Shown here piece by piece: positions 28,234 to 41,140 of a DNA stretch of 64,000 bases. Position numbers and translations under genes: made by a program. The stretch is from Peribolospora baueri (Eukaryota). The notes beneath the pieces were generated by a model. That model made no database searches. It saw nothing but the letters and a program-made list of their open reading frames with translations, and was not told the origin of the DNA. How positions within the stretch are numbered: the stretch's first letter is position 1; every line of letters starts with the position of its first letter. The stretch is taken from contig JAMDHS010000042.1 in NCBI GenBank assembly GCA_029717555.1, positions 62,001 to 126,000 on the forward strand, given 5' to 3'.

Positions 28234-29034
28234 CGTCTTGTGCATGTTGCCCTCACGGCACCAGCGCATTCGTAGTGGGTGCATGTACGGATGGATAGCG
28301 TCGGACGATCCCCTCCCACCACCGTCTCCGCAGTCACTGTTTTTCCCGCCTCTTGCTAGACTTGTTCATCCTTCTCTCTTTCTCTCAGCCCCGGGTCTTT
28401 CCTCTTTTCTGTTCAGACGGGCGTGCCCGTGAGAAGGGCGGGGCGTGGAGCATGGATGACCGGTCGGATGGGTTGTTGAAGCGGAGGGGCGAAGTAAGGT
28501 TCGAGTCTGCTGTGCGCTGTCTGGCGTCGTCGAGCCGTCCGCACTATCTGGCAGTCTGTCGGCGCTCAGTCGTCGAAGGGGAGGAGGAAAGACGGGGAGG
28601 CGAAGCGTTTCATGGTGCTTAGCTATTAGATACGAACAGGATTGTCAGAAACCGTCGACGTCGGTGTTGTTGCGCCTGCCGAGGTTTGCGAGTGAACGTG
28701 TCGTCGGAACGTCGGGACGGGTCGACGGTGCTGCGGCATTATCTTTGTGTGCCTCGCCTCCGCGTCGACATCGGACTTGTCCCTGGCGGGTGGAAGAATG
28801 GAAAATTTTGTGACTCGGAGGGAAAAGCAGGTTAGAAGAAAGGAATGGGTGCGCAAAAGCACGTCGGCCTCGTCACTCCATCACCATCCGAGCTCCTTGT
28901 GTGCCTGACCTTCGACGACCTCCACCGTCGCCTGACGCTGACACCGACGCCGACGCTGAGCTCCCAGAACAGAGCAGGCCGTGCGTCGCCCGCCCATCCG
29001 TCGTCCATCCTCGCCTCCCCTTGCCTCTCCAGAC

Positions 29035-30704
29035 ATGTCCGCCGAACTCGGACCCGCCTCCCTCGAGCCCGAGGGCTCCCCGGCGCAGAGCCAGCAGCAG
29101 AAGAAGGGCTTCCCTCTTTCCCGCACCACCAAGGACATTCTCGCGGGGACATCGGGTGGCGTGGCGCAGGTGTTGGCCGGACAGCCGTTCGACATCGTCA
29201 AGGTCCGCTTGCAGACCTCGCCCGCGGGCACCTACTCGGGCATGGCGGACTGCGCAAAGGCGCTTGTCAAGGAGGATGGCTTGAGAGGGTTCTACAAGGT
29301 TTTTTTTTTTTTTTCTTTTTTTTTTTTCCCGCATCAGCCTTCCATCGATCGACGCTTGTGACATCTTGTCCGTTCGTCCCGACGCGCCGCCGTTCCGCTG
29401 ACGGATGACGTACGTGCTTTGCCTGACTTTGCTTCACATCCTTTTACCCTCACCCCTACCCGACCATTTCCCCCGATTCGCCTTCACATGGCAGGGCACG
29501 CTCACCCCGCTCCTGGGCGTCGGCCTCTGCGTGTCCATCCAGTTCGGCGTGCTCGAGGACCTCAAGCGCCGCTTCTCGGCCATGAACATCAAGTCCGGAG
29601 CAACTAACGCCGGCGGGCGGCTGAGCAACGGACAGTACTACATCGCCGGTGGGCTGGCCGGTCTGGCGAACAGCGTTGCTGCGGGTGAGTCGGCGTGGGT
29701 TGGGCCGGACGGCGTCCTTCCCGTGGTGTCGTCCGGAGGCCGTGTCTCGAGACGATCGCTGACCCCGTCCAACTGCCGATCTCTTGTTTGCCTTCGCATC
29801 CTTTCTCTCCACTCCCTCAAGGACCAATCGAACACATCCGCATTCGACTGCAATCTCAACCTGCCGCGACGCCGACAAAGCCGCTGCTGTACAACGGTCC
29901 GGGAGACGCGATCGTCAAGATCTACAAGCAGGCTGGCTTCTTCAGGGGCATCTACAAAGGCATGGGACCCACCTTCCTCAGAGAGGGACATGGGTTGGGA
30001 ATCTACTTCTTGACGTGAGTCGGTTACTTTCCAGCCAAGAGGCGTCGGCGGAAAGCAAGTCGTGATCCTTGGAGTTACCTGCGCCGCTCACGCACATCCA
30101 CTTTTACGAACGCGCCCCTTTTGCCCTCTCGCACCCAACGTAGCTACGAGTGGCTTGTCAACCGGAAACTCGATGAGCAGAAGGTCACTCGCAGCGAGAT
30201 GCCGGCCGTGTACGCTGTCCTGTATGGCATCGCAGCCGGGTGGTCGCTCTGGCTGACCGCGTATCCCATCGACGTGATCAAGTCGCGCTTGGTGAGCGTC
30301 GCCCGTCTTCGCGTGCTCGTCCTCTTTGGCCGAGTCGACACACTCCGTTGACCCTTTTATGTCTTTTTTCTGTCTTGGTTTTTTTTGTACTGTCTACGTC
30401 TCGTGCAGCAAACCGACGGCTTGAGGGCCGATACGAGGAAATACGCCTCGGCGTTCGATTGCGCTCGTCAGATCTACGCCGCCGGCGGTATCGGTGGTTT
30501 CTTCCGCGGTCTTATCCCTACGCTTATCAGGGTGAGCGTGGGGAGAAAGGAGAGAGACGGAATGGGGGGAAAAGTGAGATCTTCGTTCCAGGCTGTCGTG
30601 CTGATCTCATGCATGCTTTCACCACATCCGATCCCCTGCAGTCTCCAATCGCCAACGGTGCCACCTTCCTTGCGTTTGAGATGGCGATGCGGTACATGGG
30701 CTAA
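29035..30704 (+). CDS. Mitochondrial carrier (Ymc1/carnitine-acylcarnitine carrier-like), 6 exons
   Basis: GQPFDIVKVRLQ, GFYKGTLTPLLGVG, GPIEHIRIRLQ, YPIDVIKSRLQTD, ANGATFLAFE. Confidence 0.9.
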
Positions 30705-31300
30705 GAGGCAGAAACTCAAGGTTGTGGACGACCTTGTGTTGCGTTGTCGTTGCTCTCTGAGGTAGCTCCTCGGAACGGCGTAACGAGCGGCAATCGGACG
30801 CGGTACGAGCATGACAGTCGTTATCGTACGTGTACGTGCCGGTAATACCTTTTTCGATGCCATGGAAGATGGAAGGGCTGTAGACTTCTTTCTTTCGTTT
30901 TTTTCTGTCCCCCGTCTCCTTGTCATAGCGTTGATGCGCACGTTGTACATTGTACGGTATGGAGCACGATACGAACGAGTTAATCTCTCTAGCGATCCTT
31001 ATTTGACAAGGCTCGCATCCACATTCAAGCTGGGGGCGAGACATTGAAGATGCACCCGACCATGTATGTGGGCACTGCCACGGAACCTCGAGGCTAACTT
31101 TCTCAGCGTGCTGCGGTCTGGCAGCTGCCGGTCCCGCCAAGTCTTACATTACAGGGTCACACATGCACGCACGCACACACACACGCCGACCGGCTGTGCT
31201 TCCAATCTTCCTCTATTGCTCGGCTGGCGTTGCCTACGGCGCTCTCCGCAAGCATGACTTCAAAAAACGTTCGGGCGCGGTCGTGGAGGAGATATCGTCC

Positions 31301-31751
31301 ATGGTCGGAGTTGGAACCATCGGCTGGGCTGGGGGTCGACGGTGGCCCACCTTGTTGAGATCTTTCAGGGGCGGCCCCGGCGGCTCTCCCTCCATGGAGA
31401 CGACGACGACGACGACGGGCAAGCGCGGGCTCGCTGACATACGCCCCAGCGACGCGCCTTCGCGCCAGGCCCTCCTCCGAGCGCAGCTCGAGGCGGGCGA
31501 CGCGGCGCTGGAGCTGGTGCAGGCTGAGGTGGTGACGCTGCGCCAGACGGGCGAGCAGTCTCGGCGAGCGATCATGCGTCTCCAGGACGAGAAGCAATCG
31601 GTCTTCGTCGTCCAGCGACAGCCCTCGAATGGGCGATGGACGAGACGGACAAGGCCCGCACTCGCGGGAGGGCACGCCATTTCGCCCATCCTCGCTTCCC
31701 TCCACCCCATCTTCGTCTCCTCGTCGCGTGCTCGTCTCTGCCGCCGCGTCA

Positions 31752-31804
<53 letters not shown>

Positions 31805-32598
31805 CCTGCGCCAAGCGCACCAGGCCGTCGAGGACGACGAGGCGAAGGCGAAGGCAAAGGCTGCCCCGGCGCCTGCGACGGCCGCCGAGCTCGCAGCGAC
31901 GCGACAGGAGGTGCAAGAGCTCAAGAATCTCATTCAACAGATGCATGCCTCGTTGGCATGCGGCGGAGGGAGCGAGGCCACCGCTGACCACCCGTCCGTC
32001 GTATCCGCGCCCGCGGAGGAGAGCGCGAGAGGAGATAAGGACATTTGTCCGTCACCGCTCCAAAGGTCCGCCCAGCCGTCTACGTCTACTTCTTCTATGC
32101 AGCGCCAAAGCGGCAGCGGCAGCTCCCCGCCCGGCGTCGGCGTCGGCGTCGGTCCTTGTGCCCAACCGACCAACGACGCGCCAATCCGCTCGCTCACCCC
32201 TTCGTCCTCGTCCATCAGCCGCACCGCCGCCGTTCCCGGCCGATGCCGCTCCGCTCCTCGCTCGCCTACGCTCTCCGAGCTGGACCTTCCAGGCCTCGAG
32301 TCTCAGCTCAGTGAAGCGCTCCAGGACCTTTGGTATGGGCCCCTCGCAGGGCCTACGACGGGAGCAGAAGAGCCGAAGCGGGAGGGAGTCGGAAGACGGT
32401 AAGAACGTGGATCCGTTGGTGAGGTCGGAGATGTCGATGGCGGTCGCGATGCGAGGGAAGAGCGACGGCGACGGAGGAGAGCGGGACTGGAAGGCAGAGG
32501 AGGACGACGAGGGGGTCGGGGATGGTGGATTGGATCTGGTGAGGAGGGGCGCGGTGGTGAAGAAGGGGGACATCATAATCGGGTTGCCGTCCGAGTGA
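31301..32598 (+). pseudogene. Orphan coiled-coil/low-complexity ORF apparently broken by frameshifts (pseudogene, assembly error or unrecognised splicing)
   Basis: Protein-like segments sit in three successive frames (LRAQLEAGDAALELVQAEVVTLRQ; AELAATRQEVQELKNLIQQM; acidic tail ending IIIGLPSE*); no convincing intron joins them. Confidence 0.4.
31748..31799. repeat. (TCG)n microsatellite encoding poly-Ser
   Basis: Directly visible trinucleotide run. Confidence 0.95.
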
Positions 32599-32929
32599 GC
32601 GTGCGTGGGTGGGTACCTACGGACGCGCCTGGCGAGGCCCACCAACGCAAGGGTTTTCTTTCGACTTTTCACCATGATCTCGAAGAATAAAAAAGCAAGC
32701 CCGCGGAGAGGAAAAAGCTTTCCGGCGATGCTTACGACCTGCTCTCAACGGGCTGAGATGGAGATGGAGATGGAGATGGCGATGGAGACGGGACGGAAGG
32801 CGGACTTGTGGACGATGAGCTGCCTGGCATGTGTCCTCCAACCGCTTTGCTTGCACGCTGAAACTGAAAGGTTGGGAACGGAGAGATCAATTCGTTCGTT
32901 CGGCCAGATTGGTCGCGCGCGACGACGCA

Positions 32930-32995
32930 CAAACAAACAAACAAACAGACAGTCAGACAGACAAGCAGACAAGCAGATAGACAGACAAGCAGACG
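32930..32995. repeat. Compound (AAAC)n/(GACA)n/GACAAGCA microsatellite
   Basis: Directly visible; similar arrays at about 10066-10108, 34856-34893 and 35362-35382. Confidence 0.85.
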
Positions 32996-33207
32996 GAGCG
33001 GGTGGGACGAGCCGGCGATCGTCGGCGTGCCCTTCGCCCTCGCAATCGGGTCGGGATTTTCGAAATTTGTATTGCCTTGCCCACGGCACCGAACGCGATG
33101 CATATCAAGGGACCTCACGAGGGCGTTGATACAGAGGCCATACGCGAACACACGGACGCGGCAACTTTGGTCGTCGGAGGAAAAATCGAACTCGAGGGAG
33201 ACCTAGG

Positions 33208-34800
33208 CTAGGCTCTCCAGTTGACGTGCACGGCGTCTGTTCGGAATCTAGACGCGACGCGAGATCGGAGAAGCGAGAAAAAAAAGGGTGGTAGATGGAG
33301 GGCGGTGGGTGGGCAAGACGACGAATAAAAAAAAAAAAGTCCAGAGAGACGTGCTCGTGCTCACCTCTGCGTGCACGTCGACTTTTCCAACGCCGTCTCG
33401 AACCCCATGCGGTAGGAGAGCAAGCCGGCGTGGGCGATCATGATACCGTTGTCGATGCAGAACCTACGTACGACGAGGTCAAAGCGCGTGGGGAGACGGA
33501 GTTGGAACGCACGGAGCGGACATCGGACGGAAACAGCGGACGGAGCTCACCTGTCGTCAGTGGCGAATACGGCGCCGCCCCTCTCCTGCGCCATGATGGC
33601 CATCATCTCCTGCAGCCGCTCGTTGCAACCGACGCCGCCGACGATCAGCACTTCCTTGCTACCGATGTGAGCCATGGCCCTCTCCGTAATCTCGACCAGC
33701 ATGGCGAACACGGTCTCTTGCAAGGAGAAGCACAAGTCGGCGGGCGTGATGAGCTGGTCTGACGGAACGTTCGCCGGCGGGGAGGAGGATCCGGTCGGCA
33801 CAAAGTTGGGTTGGAGCGTGTACGCTTCTGTGGCAGATAGCAGGCCGGCGAGGTTGATGTCCATGCCCTTGGTGGCGTAAGGGAGGGAGAGGAGACGTTT
33901 GCCTCTGTTGTGCAAGACGGACAGAAAGATGGGGGCACAGGAAAGAATGGACGGTCAGGACGGGGGGGGCTCGGTCGACTCCACTTGCCCGCCCCTGGCG
34001 AACTCGCTTCTTGGCCTCCTGTTCAATGTTATAACCGGGCGCAGGATCGTTGGGCAAGCCGATGACCCTAGCGAATCGATCGAGACAGTTTCCGACGGCA
34101 ATGTCGAGCGTCTCTCCAAAGATGCGGTACCGTTGGGCTGAGTAGGCGATCACCTGGGTGTTGCCGCCGGAGACGTAGAGCACCACCGGGTTTGTTGCGC
34201 CGGTGATCGCTCTTCCCATCTCGATGTCTGGACAAAGGGAGGGAGGGGTTCAAAATGAAAAGAGATACGGGCATGGCAGAGTGGAAAACGAGAAGGATGC
34301 CCACGTCCGACGCAGTGATTGACGCCGACCAGAGGTTTGTCATACAGGAGGGCCAATGTCCGGGCAACGAGGGCGACGGACTGCAGAGGAGCGCCCATGC
34401 CGGGACCTGGGCAAGGGAGGGAGGGGGACGACAAAGTGAGCAGTCGGACGCGCAAGAGCGAAAAGCGCAGCGGTAGAGAGGAGACAGGAAGGGTGGGCTT
34501 GCCTTTGGTGAAGCACACACAGTCCACCGCGCTCAGCCCGCCCGTAAGGCCGGCCTTGTCCACGGCCTCTGTCACGACTCTGAGTGCCCACTCTTTATGA
34601 TGCTTGGCGGTCTCTCCGGGCAAGAAGCCCTCGCCGGGCGGGGTGATGTAGGTATGTCGCACGTTGGAGAGGATCTTTACGTCACCGTTGGGGGCGTGGA
34701 GCACGACGCCGGCGCCGAGCTTGTTGGCGCTGCCTTCGAGGCCGAGCGCCAGCATGGGCCGGGAGGGCTGGGGAAGGGGCTCGCGGCGGCGGCCTGGCAT
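33208..34800 (-). CDS. KAE1: tRNA N6-threonylcarbamoyladenosine synthase, KEOPS subunit Kae1, 6 exons
   Basis: [67 protein letters not shown]; two GC-AG introns. Confidence 0.96.
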
Positions 34801-36100
34801 TCCGGAGCAAAAACTTGAAGGTGGGAAGAAGGAGGCCTGGAGAGGGGGATTGGAGTCTGCCTTGTCTGTCTGTCCGTCTGTCCTCCGTCTGTCCACCTCG
34901 GACAGTTTTCCGACAGCTCGACTGGAGTGATCGAAGGGTCAGTGCGCGATGGCAAGTGCTGCGGCAAGTGGTTCGTTGGTAGCAGGATGCTCGCGTCGAG
35001 CTGCGGCTCGGAGGTTGGACGGAAAGGTGCGCACGCGAGGTGCGGTCAAGGATGTATGTATGTACATCCGCTGTCGACGGTGACTGCGAGTGGACGATCG
35101 AGACCGGCCCTTGGTGTGCTCTCTCAATGTTAGAAAAATGACCAGACACGGCCGTCCTGCGTGCCCAAAAAAGACGCTCGACGGTGCGCCGGCGTGTCAG
35201 ACAAGGGCTGAATTTGACGAGCCCTCGTGGATCTGCTCCCGGCGAGTCTTGCCCGCCTGTGGTCGTCCGTCTTGGACGGGTCTTGTAAGCGCAACCGGCG
35301 TGGGTCGACGGAGGCTGCTGCTCGCTGGGAGTGGGTGTGGGTGGGGTAACAAGTTGGCGAGATGTCTGTCTGTCTGTCTGTCCCTCCCTCGTACCAGCCA
35401 AGCCGACCGGGCGCCGGGAGACTCGTGCGAGGGTGACACAGCCGCAGTCGCGGCATTACATTGCTCTATCTGCGCCACGTGCGCCCTTACGACGCACGTT
35501 CGACACCATCCGACGGAGACTCTCTTCTCGTCCGTTCGTCCGTTCATTCCCTCCGCCTCGCCTTGCAATTTCAAAACTGCGTTCCTCTCACGCCCCCTCC
35601 CACAGCGCACGCTCGACAGAAAGGGGTTCCCTGGCCGGGCCCCGTCCCGCGGGCAACCGCGCGACTGCGGCACCTCGGAACTGGACCTGATACATGAGGC
35701 CGCAGACGGAGCATGATGGATGATGGATGTACCGTAACTAGCCAGAGTGACTTGGATGGGAAGGAAGGACGACGGCGACGACGACGAGAATAACTTGGCG
35801 GGCGACCTTTGCCTCGCCAACGACCACCAATCACCAACCACCAATCCCGCCATACCTTTTCCTCCTCCATAACCTTCCCCCTCGTTTCGCTACAACCCAC
35901 CCCCCTCCATCTCTTTCCCCCAGGTCCCGTATTTATAACCGTCACAGACGCCCGACGCCCGACGCTCCACGCTCCGCCAGCGCTGACGCCCTTCCATCCC
36001 CGCTCGTCCCGCATCGGTCTTGCTCCTTCCGTCCTTCGTCCTTCTCCGCCGCTCGCATTCCCCCTCTCCCCGGCCGACGCTTAGGCCCCCCGTTCGCACC

Positions 36101-38034
36101 ATGAGCCACTCCGCTCGTTCCTCCCTTTCCTTCCAAGCCTCCACCGATCGGCTCTTGCCTCTCTCCGGCCTGGGTCGCGCCGGCAGCGGTGGAAGCGACG
36201 AGGACATGGAAGAGATGGCCGAGGTCCCTCTTCGCCCGCGCTGGCGATCCACCTCCGTCGGCTCCCCAGCTTGGCGCTCGTCCAGACACCACCACCACCC
36301 GCCGTCCCTCGGCGCCGGCGACGGCCTCCGCTTTCTCTGCGGCAGCAGGCAGCGCTCCATCTTCCTCCTAACCCTCGCTCTCGCCGCCGTCGTCAGCTAC
36401 TGCCTCGGCGCCGCCTCTGCTTCCGCTGGCCTCTTCTCTGGCCCGGCGGCGGACCGGTGCGCGCTGAGCCCATACGGCATCATGTTGAGGGGCATGGGTC
36501 GCGGAGGATGGAGGCGTAAGCACGGGCGCGGGCGCGGCGGCCACGCGCACCGCAACAGTACTACTGCCGGTGGTGGAGGACGGTGGTGGGACAAGGCGAC
36601 CGAGGCCTTTTCAGGCGGCCGCGCCAGGCCCTCTTCGGCCCTAGCCAGCGTCCAAGGCGGCCGGTTCGCCAACCCGTACCCTCCCGACGCCGATGAGCTC
36701 GTCTTTCCCGGCGACGGCACGAGGGACTTGCTGCCCATCAAGGCGCACTCGCATAATGACTACTGGCGCGATGTACGTTTTCCATGTTTTCCCAGTCATA
36801 ATGCGGAGGACGATCGGTGGATCGTCTCATTCACTCACTCACGCTGCCCTTCCTTCTCTTCGTCCAGATCCCCCTCTACTCGGCCCTCCAACACGGCCTG
36901 CTCTCCGTCGAGGCGGACGTATGGCGGATCGAGCGCGGTGTAGGGAGCGACAGGTACAACGAGAGCATTGGAGATACCCTCTACGTGAGTGCAATGTCCG
37001 AACCAATGCTACTTCAGGCGCTGCGACGACCAGCTAGTCCGTGTTGAGCGGAAAGGAGCACGCGATGTAGCCAGCGTCCACTGACCGAGCCGTTACCGGA
37101 CCAACCACACACCCTCCCATTACCCCAGGTCGGTCACGGCCGCTCCTACCTCACGCCTTCGCGGACCTTCGATGGCTTGTACATCTCTCAAATCGTCAAG
37201 CTCCTCGAGGAGGTGAACCCGCCCGACTCGGCGGGCGACGATTCGCGCCCATGGGTGAGTTGGGACGTCGGGACGTCAGGACGCCTACAGAACGCGGTGC
37301 TTTGACTCACCGCGATTGGTGCTCGTCTATGGCAGAATGGCATTTACGCCTCCGACCCCTCCGCGACGCTACACCTGCTCGTTGACCTCGTGAGTCTCTC
37401 CTTCCTACGCACACACATTCTGACAGCCTGCGCTCATCTCGACATCCTTCCTTCCCACCCCTGGTCGTCCAGAAAACGGACGGCCCCACGACGCTCCCCT
37501 TCGTCTGGCGGGCCCTGCAGCCGCTGCGAGAGCGGGGGTGGCTGTCAACGTGGAACGCATCCCATGGCTTTGTTCCAGGTCCCATCACCGTCATCGGCAC
37601 CGGCAATACGTGCGTCGAGTCGAGTTTCACTCCCCGCTCGGCCTTTATCGATCGACTTGACCGTTTTCGCGCTCACGCCTCTCCTCCTTTCCTCCTCACC
37701 ATATCGTCTCGTCTCGTCTGTCTCCAGCCCCGTCCACCTCATCGTCGATCCCCACCTCTACTCGCCTTCCTCCACCCGAGACATCTTCTACGACGCCCCG
37801 CTCAACGCCATTTCAGACGGCTACACCGCCGCAGACGGCACGCACAGGGAGTACGACTCGACGGTGAGCCCGATCGCCAGCGCTAGCTTTTTGCGCTACG
37901 TTGGCTGGATGGCCCTCTTTGAGGCTGGCGCGGGCGTGTTGGAGAGGACGAAGATGTATGTCGATGCGGCGCATGAGAGGGGGATTGAGACGAGGTGGTG
38001 GGAGTGAGTTGCTCTCGTTTGCTCTGTCCTTTTG

Positions 38035-38065
<31 letters not shown>

Positions 38066-38364
38066 TTTCCGTCTTTTGGACGCCAACTGGTGACCGCGCT
38101 AGCTGAGACGCGTCGCTGACTCGCCTTCCACCCACGTCACAGCACCCCGGGATGGCCCCGCTTCGCGCGGCACCGAGTGTGGAAGACGCTCCTTCGCCTC
38201 GACGTAGATTGGCTCAACGTCGACGACCTCGTGAGTCCTTCCTTCGTTATACGGCCCCCGGCCCCCTGGTGACAGTCGTCCGTGCGCGCCCGCGCTTACC
38301 TTACCGTCTCTCGCGTCTTCTGCCCTTCCTTCCACTCACCCAGGACGACGCCGTGCGCTTTTGA
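36101..38364 (+). CDS. Aim6-like PLC-like phosphodiesterase-fold protein with N-terminal TM segment, 8 exons
   Basis: AHSHNDYWRDIPLYSAL..G..SVEADVW, YVGH, LLVDLKTDG, TVIGTGNT, DIFYDAPL, DWLNVDDL. Confidence 0.85.
38030..38068. repeat. (TTTTG)n intronic microsatellite
   Basis: Directly visible. Confidence 0.9.
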
Positions 38365-39214
38365 ACCTCCTCTCGGACGATCTACCTACCCGCACCTGCC
38401 TTTCTCCATGCTCTGCTGTCCGCCTGTCCGCCTGTCTGCCCTTGCACATGTACCCCCCCTTCCCCCTCCCCCTCCACATCATCCCCCCCTTCCCCCATCC
38501 TCCAACCTCAACATACCATACCGCCGGATCCGCGGGAATAACTACAATGTCGATCGCATTTTCTTTTTCTTTTCCTTCTTCTCCCCCTTATATCCCCCCC
38601 CCCCTTTTCTTCCGTTCGACGTCCGTAGATGTATTAGTAGCTTCGCTGAGCGAGACGAGATGCGCTTCATGGAATGGAATGGAGACCTCTCCTCTGCCCC
38701 ACCCACACCACACCACATCACACCATCGCCTTGCTTTCGAGCCGCCTCTCGCTACCTCCTTTTATTGATTTTTATTTTTTGTTTCGCGGCCCGCCCCACG
38801 TGCTCTCGTCAAAAGGGTCGAGTCGAATCGAGTCCAGCGGCGCATCCGCCGCGTCGCGATGCTGTCCTGCCCTGGCCACGCCGGACCGGACCCTCAATCA
38901 TCCAGTTTGGCGAGACGATATCCGCGGACGCGGCTAAAGTTGCGCGACCGACCCCGGGGAAAAAAAAAAAGGAACATGACCTCGGCACTCGTTACGATCT
39001 ACGATCTGATATGACATGAACGCACACACAGGTGTAGACATCGGAGGAAAACAAATAACGAGTGACTTATGATGAAGGGCCAGACGGACAAAGGAGGAAA
39101 GAGGGAACGAAGACCGACCGACCGCCGACGATCCGACCGTACTTTCCGACACCGACGGGAAGGCTGCTAGCTCCGGGAGGATGGGGAAGGAAAAAGGACT
39201 TGCTTCCTCTGCAA

Positions 39215-40523
39215 TCACTTGCGGTACCACGTCACGCCCTGCCTCTTTCGCCTCATCTTCCTCTGGAGCTGAAGCTGTGGAGTGAAAAGGGAAGAAGGGA
39301 AAGAGAATGGATTGAGAAAAGATGGGGATCGACGAAGGGATGAGAGTAAAACCGTGAAGGACTCACCATACCGTAGAGCAGCGCCTCAGCGGTCGGAGGG
39401 CAGCCTGGAACGTAGAGGTCAACGGGGACGATACGGTCGCAGCCGCGGACGACGGAGTAGGAGTAGTGGTAGTATCCACCACCGTTGGCGCACGAGCCCA
39501 TGGAGATGACCCAGCCTGTGTGTGACAAGCACCGATGGCAATCCGGGTCAATATCGCCACCCGCCTGACAGAGCCTCGGCTTGGACGAATACAGAGGAAC
39601 GACTACTCACGAGGTTCGGGCATCTGATCGTATACCTTGCGCAAAGCGGGAGCCATCTTGTTGGTCAGGGTACCAGCCACGATCATGATGTCGGACTGTC
39701 GAGGAGAGGCACGGAAGACGACACCAAGACGGTCCTGGTCGTAGCGCGCGGTAGCCATGTGCATCATTTCGACGGCGCAGCAGGCCAGACCGAAGGTCAT
39801 GGGCCACATCGACCCCTGACGCGCCCAGTTGACAATCTTGTCGAGCGTGGAGAGAACGTATTCTGATGGGTACGGCGCAAAGGGTGTAGAGGTCGAAACA
39901 GAGTTTAGTCACCGTTGCAGCACGCCATCCACGGCGTCCAGAAAAAAATCAGAAGAAATCAAACCGGTCAGCCACTCACCAACGTTGTTCCGCGGCGTCT
40001 CCAGGCTCAGCTGGTTGCTGCCACTCTGCGCCAGCGTGGTGATGGGCACAGGCTCGTTGGCTTTGGCGGGCGAGGTGGAAGAAATTGAACGGGCGTAGGG
40101 AACAAGAGCGCGAGACTCTGATCATAAACAGGCGGGGTTACCCAAGCGAAGCGGTGTCGAGGAGGTGAAGCGTCGCGGTCAGTAAGCCCCCGCGCGCCAG
40201 ACACAGAATGTTGAATTCCTTTCACACTTACCCTTCCTCTCGTTGGCGACCTTGGGCGCCGAAGAAGACGCAGAAGTGGAAAGAGACCTGGCCGTGAACG
40301 AGGCAGCGGGGGCGAGGTTGAACGTCGCCTGTCGGGACAGGCAGCCTGCGAAGGACAAGCCATCGATGAGGAAGGACAACCAAGACGTGAGCGATCTGCA
40401 CCCCTTCTCGCCACATCTCGTTTCCGCCATCGGAGCCCATGCCCGGATCGCTCATAAACACGCAACAAGCCATAGCTCACCCGTCCTCGCCATAAGCGAA
40501 ACGGCGGACCTGACTGAAGCCAT
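39215..40523 (-). CDS. NDUFS7: NADH:ubiquinone oxidoreductase PSST subunit, 6 exons
   Basis: [59 protein letters not shown]. Confidence 0.96.
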
Positions 40524-41140
40524 GTCGGACGATGGTGTTTGTGAGGGTAGGATAAGATCGCGCTCTCGTCCGGGCGATGGCCGACCGTTCGGGAAGGACG
40601 GGGCGGGACGTGAGACGGCGTTTGGCGGCGATGGGCGGGGCGCGTGGCGGGCCAATGAACAGAGCGCAATCGGTCACCGGGCTTTGATGGCTCGCTTGCG
40701 AATCCCTCTATCTACAGGTTAACAGTATACGTACATGGAACGAGGCAAACGAGGCAATGGACCGTGATGTGAGCGTCCGACGAGCTTGAACGGACAGAAG
40801 AAACGAGTCGAATCGACGGTAGGCAAGAAGATGGGCTAGCGAGGTAGGGGGGAAGTCCGGGATGGACGTCCATTCTCGTCGGGGAAGAAAGACACAAAAG
40901 GATGTGAAAGAAGAACGGGGCAGAAAGCTTGGTCGGGGAACCACGTCGGACGAGCATAGCAAAGGCGACTGACGGATCGGGGCGACGGCGGGAAATGCAG
41001 CCGACTAAACCAGGTCGAGTTGAAGCGCTCCCAACCATTGACAATCGACCAACACCCGTAGGGAACTTTGCTGGAGAACAGTTCGAACCAAATCTCGGCC
41101 AGCCTATAGCACCGCATCTCACATTTCAAGGGTTTAAGAT

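Noticed and set aside
28495..28515. B-box-like GGTTCGAGTC in the CK2 3' region
   Set aside because: T-stem does not pair; no cloverleaf
34900..36100. Several overlapping ORFs between KAE1 and the AIM6-like gene
   Set aside because: No recognisable motif or consistent exon chain; looks like divergent promoter/UTR sequence
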